From positions 7,146,422-7,210,421 of the forward strand of contig NC_092678.1 in NCBI RefSeq assembly GCF_964355755.1: a stretch of 64,000 bases of DNA. Reading direction: 5' to 3'. The position numbers and the translations under genes are program-made. This DNA is from Antedon mediterranea (lineage: Eukaryota; Animalia; Echinodermata). The notes below the pieces were generated by a model. The model made no database searches. It saw nothing but the letters and a program-made list of their open reading frames with translations, and was not told where the DNA came from. The stretch's first letter is position 1. The number at the start of each line of letters is the position of its first letter. Below, one piece after another: positions 26,396 to 39,100 of the stretch.

Positions 26396-27658
26396 GAAAC
26401 CATCCTTGGTACAGTTAACTCTATTAAAATATGGGAGGGGTGAAACCATCCTTGGTACAGTTAACTCTATTAAAATATGGGAGGGGTGAAACCATCCTTG
26501 GTACAGTTAACTCTATTAAAATATGGGAGGGTGAAACCATCCTTGGTACAGTTAACTCTATTAAAATATGGGAGGGGTGAACCCATCCTTGGTACAGTTA
26601 ACTCTATTAAAATATGGGAGGGGTGAAACCATCCTTGGTAAAATTAACTCTATCAAAATATGGGAGGGGTGAAACCATCCTTGGTACAGTTAACTCTATT
26701 AAAATATGGGAGGGTGAAACCATCCTTGGTACAGTTAACTCTATTAAAATATGGGAGGGGTGAAACCATCCTTGGTACAGTTAACTCTTTTAAAATATGG
26801 GAGGGGTGAAACCATCCTTGGTACAGTTAACTCTATTAAAATATGGGAGGGTGAAACCATCCTTGGTACAGTTAACTCTATTAAAATATGGGAGGGGTGA
26901 AACCATCCTTGGTACAGTTAACTCTATTAAAATATGGGAGGGGTGAAACCATCCTTGGTAAAATTAACTCTATCAAAATATGGGAGGGGTGAAACCATCC
27001 TTGGTACAGTTAACTCTATTAAAATATGGGAGGGTGAAACCATCCTTGGTACAGTTAACTCTATTAAAATATGGGAGGGGTGAAACCATCCTTGGTACAG
27101 TTAACTCTATTAAAATATGGGAGGGGTGAAACCATCCTTGGTAAAATTAACTCTATCAAAATATGGGAGGGGTGAAACCATCCTTGGTACAGTTAACTCT
27201 ATTAAAATATGGGAGGGTGAAACCATCCTTGGTACAGTTAACTCTATTAAAATATGGGAGGGGTGAAACCATCCTTGGTACAGTTAACTCTATTAAAATA
27301 TGGGAGGGGTGAAACCATCCTTGGTACAGTTAACTCTATTAAAATATGGGAGGGTGAAACCATCCTTGGTACAGTTAACTCTATTAAAATATGGGAGGGG
27401 TGAAACCATCCTTGGTACAGTTAACTCTATTAAAATATGGGAGGGGTGAAACCATCCTTGGTACAGTTAACTCTATTAAAATATGGGAGAGGTGAAACCA
27501 TCCTTGGTACAGTTAACTCTATTAAAATATGAGAGGGGTGAAACCATCCTTGGTACAGTTAACTCTATTAAAATATGGGAGGCGTGAAACCATCCTTGGT
27601 ACAGTTAACTCTATTAAAATATGGGAGGAGTGAAACCATCCTTTGTACAGTTAACTCT
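26396..27658. repeat. Minisatellite, 45-46 bp unit, ~27 copies
   Basis: Unit GAAACCATCCTTGGTACAGTTAACTCTATTAAAATATGGGAGGG(G)T, with no unique spacers. Confidence 0.95.
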
Positions 27659-29360
27659 AAAAGGAACAATTTATAAATTATCATTATAAAAACAATGGTG
27701 ATTTACTTTTTGACAATAAAAAAAGAAAGAAAAACACCCTTAAAGAACGGTAACTAATAGGCTAGATTAATATAAGTATCTTGAATTGACATCTAAAAAC
27801 CTAAAAAAAACAACATATTGACAATCAATTATTTTATTTATTTATTTTATTTATTTCACATTTATTAGTCATCAATTACGTCATAATTGCAATACAACTG
27901 ATAACAAGGATCCTGCATAAAAAAGCTGTAGCTTCGTTTTTTTGTAGGACCCTTTTACATAAGAACAATATAAATAGATAAAACAAAGTTCATTCGGCTA
28001 CACAGAAGGCCCGATGGAAAGAGTATTAGGCCTAACGAATTGTAAGTCAGGTCAATTCCCATAATGCATAAGGTAGCGGATTATGAGAAACGAATAATTC
28101 ATATTTTCTGCATCGCTTACTACCTACTGAACGTATAGGTATCCGGACCGCATTTTTGTTCTCCTATCAAGTTAAGACAGAAATTAATATAATGATTATT
28201 TCATGAGTGAGAATAATTATGTAATCAATTTAGACATTATAGGGGGCGCTCTATATAGATTTAGATCAAATGATCTCGTGTCTGCCGCCAGGCTAAATAT
28301 TTTGCACTGCTATTTTTTCGTGCCGCGGCTATTGCAGTTATATCAGGGAGTTGTACAATAATTGTTATTTTACAACTCCCTGGTATTTTTAATAGGACGG
28401 AAGCATTAGGAAACTATCATGCGGAAGCTTATAGTTTACTAAGACTGAAAAATGGGAATTTGTAAATCGGACTGGGTATACGCAAACCCCAAAACACGTC
28501 TGGGAGAACAGATTATATGAGATGACCTGTTCAATAAAGCTTGGTTTCCACTAGAACGTAACGCAAGGACGTAAAGCGTTTTAACCAATGACAAGCGAAG
28601 TTATAGACAGTTAGCAATCAAAAGCGAATAAGCCATCGCTTGTGATTGGTCAATTCACTTGCGTTGCGTTACGTCCTTGTGTTGCGTCGCTAGTGGGAAC
28701 CACGCTTAAACAATGTTTTAGTTTTGGATGTCAATAATGTAGGCCAGGTATAATACAATCAATTGAAAAAAAATTGTCCGGGGCGCATGCGTCTGGTGGT
28801 GCATCCTCATTAATTGCCTTGTTATAAATTTTACTGGAATTTATTATGTTTACCTCATTTTCTTGAAGGAAGAAATAAATGTTAAGTTGAATTGAATTGA
28901 ATATTGAATTAGTCTACAGAGTATCACTATACTTTAGAAGTTCTTCGTTGTTGGCCTCTTTATACAAAAAATATCGCTTATTTAATCATAATTAATTATC
29001 AATTAAATTAATTATCCTTTTTTCTAATCTTTCATTTCATCTTTTATTTCATAAAAAAAATACAGAGTACAACATTCTCCATAACTGTCTACATTGTTAT
29101 AAATATAAGAAAAAAATATATATGACCGACAATGTAAATAGTTTTATATTCATCTGACTGAATGATGGATGAAACTAAGCCAAGACTGTTTTAAAGCACC
29201 TTGATTGGTCCTATCATTGATCAATGGCTTTTCTTGTCCAGTGCCCACCTTGACCAGAGGAAAGGCATGGGTCAATATACGTCTGAGGCAGATACTAGAT
29301 GTCATACTGAGTCAGCCAGCAGTACTGATGTCAAATGCCTAATGGGACCCTAGCTCCATA

Positions 29361-29472
29361 TACAGCACCCGATATTGCCATGCTCTCCCATCTAAGCTCT
29401 AACAGACCCAACGTTGCTTAACTTAATTTCGGTTATCTGACGAGAACTGTTGTTTCAACTTGGTAGAGCCAT
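29361..29472 (-). pseudogene. Second degenerate 5S rRNA pseudogene
   Basis: Minus strand ...GTTCTCGTCAGATAACCGAAA...GTTAAGCAACGTTGGG...TTAG...GATGGGAGAGC...ATATCGGGTGCTGTA. Confidence 0.65.
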
Positions 29473-30473
29473 TATAATTATGCACACTACGTCGGTACAC
29501 ATCCGGCCCCAAAATAACATATCAAACATATGATAAAAAAATAAATCTTTTATAAAAGCATAATAACTGAATGTGTTAAATAAGATAAGAGTCAAGATTC
29601 AAATATATAGATAAAAGTTATATACTGTATAAAAATGTATAGGCCCCTAATATGTAATCTTAACCTATGTAAAGATGCTACTAATGGTTGTTAAATCTGA
29701 GTTCAATTGGTTTTTCTTAAAAACGTCCTACTAAGGAGGCAGTGTTATATTTTTTAGACTTCAGGGGACGTGACCTAATAAAGAGGTTTTTCACACACCT
29801 GCTCCGGTTCCGATGCGGCAAATAAAATGGCGTCTCAATGTTTCGTTTTACGAAGCGTCGCGCGCAGCTCTAGCGCACACCTCAATCGTATAGCCGTGTG
29901 GCGCGTCATGAAACGAAAGTCTAATGCTGTGCGCGCAATCTGACGCGAACCTAACAACTGGGGCCGGACCGGAGCAGCTGTGATAGACCATTTTTATAGT
30001 AGGCACAACGTTGTGTCCGAAAGTTATCCCCCATTAGGCTTCTGCTATATGTTCACTCTAAAGCATTACCAACCTCTACCAAACCCAATAAAAACCAATT
30101 ACCCTCTAATCTGTAACAAATATCTGCAAAACTATTTTAATTTTAACTAGATTTGAACTCGTCACTTTGACGAGTTAGTTATCCGCACAACAAACGCCAC
30201 GCGCACGTCATACGTTGGAATTTTGCACACGGAAAAAGATTATGGCATTATGACCTGAACTGAAGAATATCATATGCTGTTAGTGCTGAATTCTGTCAAT
30301 TTTGTGTCATATAGTATATACAGTGCAAACGGTATAATCTGTATACATGTTACATACAGTGTAGAATAGGTGAAATTACGAGACCCCCCGTTTATTCTTA
30401 TTTTTAACATGGCGACGGTATCAAAATGAAACACTAAGATAGCAATTTCGGAAGGACATTATCTCAGCAACCA

Positions 30474-32519
30474 CAGGCCCGTAGCCAGGGGAGGTTTTTA
30501 TGGTTCGAGCGAACCCCCCTTAACCGACTGCGAACCCCCATCCCCGACATTCCCAATACCTCACCCTCATCTCTGAATCCTCCAAATACGTGCCCCACAC
30601 AGTACAAAAGGTTATTCGTAAATTGAAAAATTCGTAAACTCGTTCTTGAATAACTCGATACATTCTTTGCTGTATGATAATATTGACGCGTGTATCGTAC
30701 TCATACAGTGAGCTGGTGCACGAACGATTCGTACAAAGGACACCGCCAGACAAACGCGTACTTACTGTTTAGATCACGGCAGTCAGCATGCATAAAGTAG
30801 GCCTATTCCGTAAATCTTCTAATTGTAACCCTGGGTTATTATTCTTTGATTGTTTTTTAAGGGTGGGTAACTATTAGAAGGGGATTACTATTAGAAGGGG
30901 GATTACTATTAGAGTAGTGGGTTACTATTACTCATCTTAAATTAGGCACCTGAAAATTGTAACCCACCTCAACTATTCCGATCAGCAAATCATAGCAAAA
31001 TAATAAAACAGTAGGCCTACGAATAAACAAATTTGTTTGAACTCTAACTTTATTTTATAAACTCAAAAACACTCAATCCTCCCCACTCTCGAGATCAACA
31101 TGCATTATCTCCTTATTTTCAAAATACGGCTGCATCATAAACGACCAGTCTTCAATTCATAATGTAATTTTGTCAATAGTTTCTGTGACTCTAATATTAA
31201 CCCCATGTGGGTTACTATTAGAGTAGTGGATTATTATTATAGATTGGCTTATAAGGTGGGTTACTATTAGAGTAGTGGATTATTATTATAGATTGGCTTA
31301 TAAGGTGGGTTACTATTAGAAGGTGGGTTATTATTAGAGTGTGGGTTACTATTAGAGTGTGGGTTACTATTAGAGTGTGGGCTACTATTAGAGTGTGGGT
31401 TACTATTAGAGTGTGGGTTACTATTAGAGTGTGGGTTACTATTAGAGTGTGGGTTACTATTAGAGTGTGGGTTACTATTAGAGTGTGGGTTACTATTAGA
31501 GTGTGGGTTACTATTAGAAGATTTACGGTATAGCCTTCCGACGGACATAACAAATGTGTGGCTATGAAGTATAGTGCGTGTATCAACATCATAGAGGATT
31601 ATAGTGAATATTAATATATTACACTAGTAATATTATACAAATAATGAATGTTTATGAGTGCAATGGTACAAATAATGGCACGAGGTGAATGATGAAAGGT
31701 TATATCAACGAGGCAAAGCCGAGTTGATATAACCTTTCATCATTCACCAAGTGCCATTATTTGTACCATTACACGAATACAAAACATTCATTATTTGTTT
31801 TATATAACCTCTAGACGTTTTTTTTTCGTACACAAAAATGTTTCAAAAAGTACTATTTAACGATCGTTGAATAGTGCGTACTATTGCACGCCATGTGACC
31901 CACATTCGTCCAATCAAATGACAGGAATTTATATAGGTGTTATATAAATGAATATATTACACTATAATATCTATGGTAACATGTACTGTAGTTTACATTA
32001 TAGCATCTGTATCAATATCATCTATTTACATTGATTAACATTTAATTTCCTCAACAAAATATTTTTTGAGGAAATTAATATTGATATATTGATACAGATG
32101 CTATAATGTAAACTACAGTACATGTTACCATAGATATTATAGCGTAATATATTAATATATTACTAGTGTAATTGCTGTAAATAAATATAGGTAGAGCTAT
32201 AATAAGCATTGAATTTGCCTTTCACAAAACACCGAGTGAATGATCATAACAATCGGCGATTAAATTGTCCACGTGTGTGTGAGGAGGAGAAAAAAAAGTA
32301 CGAATACGATCGTTTTGATCATTGGTAGCATGCTGCATGAGAGTGTCTTTTCCGACCAATTAGAGGTGCCATTTATCATGAATGTTATGTGCGAGAGTAC
32401 CATTTCCGGCCATCTAGGGATGTCATTTAACAAAATTTCTGCGGGGCAGTGTCCCAAATACTTAGTGTCCGAACATCTCGCCCCCCCCCCCTCCTTGACA
32501 GATCCTGGCTACGGCCCTG
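30474..32519. mobile_element. Non-autonomous DNA transposon with CAGG termini and 5-bp TSD (hAT5-like)
   Basis: AACCA|CAGGCCCGTAGCCAGG...CCTGGCTACGGCCCTG|AACCA. Confidence 0.75.
31208..31520. repeat. 18-bp minisatellite (GTGGGTTACTATTAGAGT)n
   Basis: Directly visible; gives the LIVTHT, SNSNPH and WVTIRV repeat ORFs. Confidence 0.93.
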
Positions 32520-33139
32520 AACCACATATTAACATGTAGGAGAAATTTGAATACGTAAAATATAGATGCGCGCCCTTTTAAATGTGATGAACTATTACGC
32601 AAAATATGAAAATACGCCTTTTTTTTTATTCAACTGGCCAAATGATGACGTCACAACATCCGATTGGCAAAATGTTTACATGAATTCGTATCTACAATCC
32701 AATAGCTTCCAGAAAACGTTGTAATCATGATTATCACGTTTTATTTTGACGAGCTAAACAGATTGAAATTTACTGTAAAGATGAAAATAAGTGACCCACG
32801 TTATTTTCATTTTTATACATGATGACGTCATAAAAATTTAATATTTTACCTCATGCGAAATATAGTTGATTGACCTAGACATTTTTGAAATATCTGAGGA
32901 AATGGAATACGTATAAGCGAGATGCGCTCTATTTAATGTGATGAGCTATGATGAAAGATACAAAAATCCTATATTTTACATTCGTGTGGCCATACGATGA
33001 CGTCATAACATCCGAGGGGTAAATAACTAAGTTGCGGATAACCAAAAAAAAAAAAAAAGATGATGAAACAGGACAGTTACAAGGAGTTATCCGCTCAATG
33101 CGGATAACTAATTAAAATATTATTTAACCACATAAACCA

Positions 33140-36100
33140 CTATGGATGTTTATAGCAGTCATCTACGTGAAGTTGTAAAATACCCTCACTGTGTAATCTG
33201 GCGAGTTCATTGAACTCCTGATTAAAAGCATGAAACAATCTGGTTAGATTTCTTTGTTCGAAGTAATGATAGGATGTCGAACGGTTGTATATGTCAGTTG
33301 AGAACGGCCAAAATCCGTACAGATGAACCTCGTCACAAAATAACAGCGCCGTTGTGGTAATGTAAAAGCCTAAAAGATAAACATGTTTAACTTTACATTT
33401 TTTTTCTTTTTAACTTTTTACGATTTTACGATTTTATATCGTTTTTTTATACAACATATCTGTTTGTATTTTTACGTTGATTGGTTATAATTACAAACCG
33501 GTAATTTATCTGCCTAAAGCTCTGTCTAAACGGTAGGCCTAAAACTAGTTTGAAAGAAAAAAGTTCGAAGGGCCAAAATATGCTAGTGATATGGTTAAAT
33601 ATAGTGGTGATATGACATCATCAGGATTTTTCTATTTTTATAGCAATTTTAACTAATTTTTATATATTTGTAGGCCTAATGCAATTCATTTCAGTCCTTG
33701 ACTGTCGTTTTGTAATTTATATATATTTTTTTTCGTTTTTTTCGTTTTGTAATAGGCCTATGTTTATTTTAGCCTGTATATGTAAATAAATAAAAAATAA
33801 AAATCATGTCCAAAATTGTTCTAGAAATATTTCTATGCTAAATTCAAGTTTGTGATTAAAGCAAATTACTATATACTGGGTGCCCGCGAATCGGCTCGAT
33901 TAGGAAAATATTGTATTGTTTGAAGGTTTGCATGGCGAAATCAAATGTTGATATAAAGTTGATATATATTTGTATAGATTATGTTATGATATTTCAGTCC
34001 TGCATCACAAGACAGGAACAGTAGAAAATGTTTACTAACCTGATGATATTCTGTTTAATACTGTTACGCCGCTGTTCACCCAAAAATCTTGTGACTCCGT
34101 AAAATGCTTTGGATCTCCATGTACAAATTTTACTTTTTCCAAACGCTTATTGAGTAACGAGTTTACTCTAAGGCTCATCGTATAGCTACTCGTGAAAGTT
34201 GGAAACCAAATATAGTTTCTGTATTCATCCATTTTTTGTGTGAATTTCTTTCTATCTATACGCTTACGTGCACTTCCAAATCTAGAAAGACAGATTTATA
34301 ACTTAACAAAGTGAGAATAGTAGATCTACCAACTAGACGGAGGGGCCTAATAATAGCTCTGTCAACATTTATTAACAAAATATGTGATATGCCCATATAT
34401 GGACACGATGACGTCATATCACTACCGTATTTGGGCGCATAACATTTTGTTTATCAAAAGTTTGACTGTAGACAGAGCTTTACACAAATAAAACCGAAGA
34501 TGCATCCATTAACAAATTCTATAAATGTAAAATGTGTTCATTATTTGTTGACCTTTAAATCCATTTGACGTAAAGCAATTTAGTAATTTAAAAACAATTG
34601 TTAGTAAAAGCCTGTTTTCCTATTGTCGTTGATCGTTAACAGTTCAACGACGATCGTTTGAAAACGATCAAGTTGAAATGATAACGATAGCGAGTACCTT
34701 TTCCTGTAAATCGTTAACATTTCAATGTTTACGTAGAAGATTCCCCATTATTGGTAACGATAGCGTCGACTAACGTCGACAGGAAAACAGGCTTTATAGC
34801 GTCCTATTGTCTCAGACTATGAGGTAAGATACAGCATAGGTGTTATATTACGTTTGAGGGATTGCTAAATTTACATTTCGTATTCTTCATTGAATGTCAT
34901 ACAATTCAAATATAATTACAAGACGATTCCTCGTCTAATGCGTTATTACCATGATTATAATTTCAATAGTCTATCATTTGGAGGAGAGGAAGATATTGTA
35001 TCTGATTTCCGACAAGCAGGTGATGTTTAACAAGAAATATTTCTTACAAAAAACGACGCTCGACATTTTAAAATTAATCATTGTTCTTTTGATTACCGTA
35101 TGATTAATTATTAAAAAGATGTCCTTTAATCGCAAAGATGCATTTACTTCACAGATACAGGCCCGTAGCCAGGGGGGTTTTTATGGTTCGGGCGAACCCC
35201 GCTTTACAGCGACCCCCCCCCCCCCCTCTTAACCGACTGCGAACCCCCATCCCCGACATCCCCAATACCTCACCACACCCTCATCTCTGAAAATCCTCCA
35301 AATAAGTGCCCCACAATACAAAAGGTTGTTTGTAAATTGAAAAATTCGTAAACTCGTTCGTGAATAACTCATACCTTATTGTTAAACAAATGAATTGGTT
35401 GCCGATTTTCACCTGAAAAATAATACGAATTTTTGGTCCCAGAATGTAACATTTTTTCGTTCAATGCGAACGTCACGGGGAAGTCTCCGATTAAGGTACT
35501 TTTGGTACGGTAATACATTCTAATAACTATACTCAATTAATGTAAATTAATTATCAATTAATAATTTTAAAAAGTTGTACAAAAAATATGAAGCTGTTGC
35601 TATAAATATATTGAGCAAAAGGTTAAATTGTATAATTTGGAATTTTAATTCATTTAAAAATGCTAAATAAAGTCAGATGTTAAAACCACATTTTCCAAAA
35701 ATTCATTTTTATTTATCCACTATAAACTTTACAAAAGTGTTGTTTTAAACCACACTCCAAATAAAACAAAGAAAATAATGATAGGACATTTGCAGAAAGA
35801 AGCAAACTTTGCTCTGTTACCGGTATAACACGGTTCAAATTTTGGAAATTCGGCCTATTTACGAACGTACGGAAATGAAGATAAATAGGGTACTACACGC
35901 ATCGGAAATACAACACTATACGCACAATTATGATTTGGCCTAAAAATTGGCCTTAGATTATGGAAAACCCCCGGCAAAACGCAATAATTATGGACAAATC
36001 GATTATTAGCCTTGGCAATATGCCTAATATTTAAAAGGAATGAATATAGGCTATATTTCGTTTGTCGATGAATTTTTGAATTCATGTGTGAATGATTGAT

Positions 36101-39100
36101 CCATTAGAGGTAATCTGTGATGGCTCTAGTAACACTGCTATGCGTGAGTAATTTGTGAATAACGTAGTATGCTACATACACGAGCCTAGATAGGGAAGAT
36201 CTGTACTGTCGTTCATTGCGAGAGGAGGGGGAAGTCCGGTAATGTGTCATGAAAAATGTAACAAGCCAGAGATGAAATAAAATCACTAACATTTTAGCTG
36301 ATTGTCGTTGTTTTAGTCGTCGTCAGAAGTTTATTGCTCGACATCTATTTCTCATGTGTAGTAGAGCGTTTCTTTGATTGAATACTGTTGTTTGTATTAT
36401 AACACAAGTTCATTTTGGATTTTCAGTAAATTACCAATGGTTTATTCAAAGTCAAACTGTAACTAATCCCTCACTATTCAATCAAAATGTTATTATTATA
36501 CTACTATATTGTTGGAAAATGGATTGCGTGACATGAAAATAGATTGATAGTAAAATGTAATAAAGATACGTTCTTGTCTGGTTATTAGGTATGCATGCTC
36601 TGATAAAGCAGAGGATTACTTTTGTAGCGTTCCATTTAAAATAAATTTTATTACAAAGAAATATTTTGGTTGTGAAGGTCGTTTTAACAATTAGGGACAG
36701 TGACCCAAATACTTAGTGTCCGAACCCCCCTTGACAGATCCTGGCTACGGCCCTGAGATAGTTCTTTATTATGAATCACATGCCCATTTTTTCACTAGTT
36801 AATTGTATACACAGCATCTGAAAGAAGGCATGTGTACCTTTCCAACAATGTATTATTTGCCAACAAATTTTAATCTACTAATTCAAAAATGGCATTTAAA
36901 AATGGTCAATTTTGAACTTTAATGTGCTGTAGCCTGTTTGTGTGTGACCTCAACCTGAACCGTTGTATGCATGCAACTGAATACTCTCTAAAGACAACGT
37001 GTGTGGTACACGTGAACATTCTTTCACAATCAGTTGATTCGAGTCAACCAATCAAAGGGCAAGAATCCAAAATCGTTTAACCGTGAGCCCTTATAGACTC
37101 TCTGTTCCCAGACGTTTTTTGGGTCCAGCAGCTGAAACCTATAAATTATAGTCGAGTTTCCAAATTCGCAAAACTGTCGGCCTTAGATACTAAAGCTACC
37201 GCTATGAAACAGCTTATTAATGAATATGTCCTCATGGGACAGCTGGCTAGAGCAGCGGCGCGAAAATCCAAAATCCAAAAAAAGATCGGTTGGTGGCGCT
37301 ATATTATACCAAATAAACCAATATACCAACATTTCCTACTCATAAACTCAACAAGCGCAAAAAAAGTCGATCATAAAATTTAAAAAAAGATGCTATTTAT
37401 TTTGCAAAAAAAGATGCTAGATAACAATTATTAAGAAGATGCTTTGTTATTGTATATTAAAATCAGTGTTTGACCACACTTTTGGATGCTTACGGTAAAA
37501 AGATGCCACATTTGGAAAAATTATGTCATTTTCAGCTCACTACAAAATTCAACTGCGCATTTTGTATAAGTCAGCGCGCTCCGTATAGTGTAGTAAGTAA
37601 CTATCCAATCAGATTGTTTGAAAGCACTACTGATAGCGTGTATTTAGTATGCGTCCGATAGAACGCGATCACAGTTTGTGGTAAATGTTTTAGTGAGTGT
37701 TCATTATTCGTGTCAGTTGACCCAGCTAATAGCTAAAGTGTCCGCCGGGCTTAACAATGAGATAAATAAAATAATCGATAAATTACGTAATAATACTAAA
37801 ACTACTACTAAAACGTGAACTAATAATTATTATTAATAATATTAATAATAATATTAATATTTAGATGTTTTTTTTAATATGAACTATTTAAAATATGCCT
37901 ACTCACCTCAACCTAATAAGTGAAGGATTGACTGTGGTTAAATTAGTTTTAGAACCCGCGTCTTTTGTAAATCCATTTAGCGGTGGAGCGTTACATCTGA
38001 AGAAAAATAAAGTTGTAAGTCATTTACATTCAAAAGCGCTAAATGTAAGGCAGTTTCAAAGCTTGATGAAAAAACAACATTTAAGCGCTGTCTACACAAT
38101 CAAACTAGTTGTTGACAAAAAAATGTGATGTGCCTGAATATGATAGTAATATGACGTCATCGTGTCTATATGGACTCATCACATTTATTTCACATAAAGT
38201 TTGATAGTGTAACCAGAGCTTTAGTCTGTAGTTGTTATCAAAGTCTTCTGACGCGTACATACTGTACTATCTTGAATGATGTAACTCACCTTATAACGAA
38301 GTCAGCTTTATCAATTTCTTTGCCGCATTTACTTCCATTTAATATCCCTCCATTACCCACAATGGAACATCTTTTATATGGCCCTTTGTGTTCTGGAGAG
38401 TCCTGAAAAAGACGCATTGTACTGAATTATTCGTGATTCTCGCTAGAGACGCAACACAACGACGTAACGCAACGTAAAGCGTGGTTCCCACTAGCGACGC
38501 AACACAAGGACGTAACGCAACGTTCTTTCTCGACGTCGTCGTAACGCGCAAAAATGAATAGAGGACTCCCCTGCCTCTAGCAGTAGGCTCACAGTGTAGG
38601 ACACGTGGGCCTAGGCATACTAATATCTCTATACTGATGGTTCTTCGTTTTCAGTAGGCCTATCCTAGTCCAAATAGCATTTTGGACTAGGCTGAAGACT
38701 TTGACCTACCTAATATTCCCGCACTTACTTTCCGGAACATCATTTTATAGTAACTTTGGTAAGGCTTACCATTTTGTATCGTCGTCGTTAGTTAAAAAAG
38801 TACCTTTTCCTGTAAATCGTTCAAATGTTAATGTTTACGTAGAAAATCGCCGATAGCGTCGAATAACGTCGACAGGAAAACAGGCTTAAATTGACCAATC
38901 ACAAGCGATGGCTTATTCGCTTGTGATTGCTAACTGTCTATAACTTCGCTTGTCATTGGTTAAAACGTTTGCGTTGCGTTTACGTCCTTGCGTTACGTTC
39001 TAGTGGGAACCAAGCTTTAGGGATTTTACCAATCACTGTAGATTGTCATAGGTCAACTCGCTTGCGTTGTGTCTACGTCATTGTGTTGTGTCCTAGGAAC

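Larger units (their letters stand above)
30145..33112 (-). mobile_element. Helentron/DINE-1-like element expanded by nested insertions
   Basis: On the plus strand, the left end has AACTAG, hairpin AACTCGTCA-CTT-TGACGAGTT and subTIR AGTTATCCGCA; the right end has TGCGGATAAC plus the stem AGTTATCCGCTCAATGCGGATAACT. Confidence 0.6.

Noticed and set aside
26396-27658. CRISPR-like regular array
   Set aside because: Units abut with no unique spacers, there are no cas genes and the context is eukaryotic; it is a minisatellite.
31218-31592. Repeat-protein ORFs (LIVTHT, SNSNPH, WVTIRV)
   Set aside because: Stop-free frames of an 18-bp minisatellite inside a transposon.
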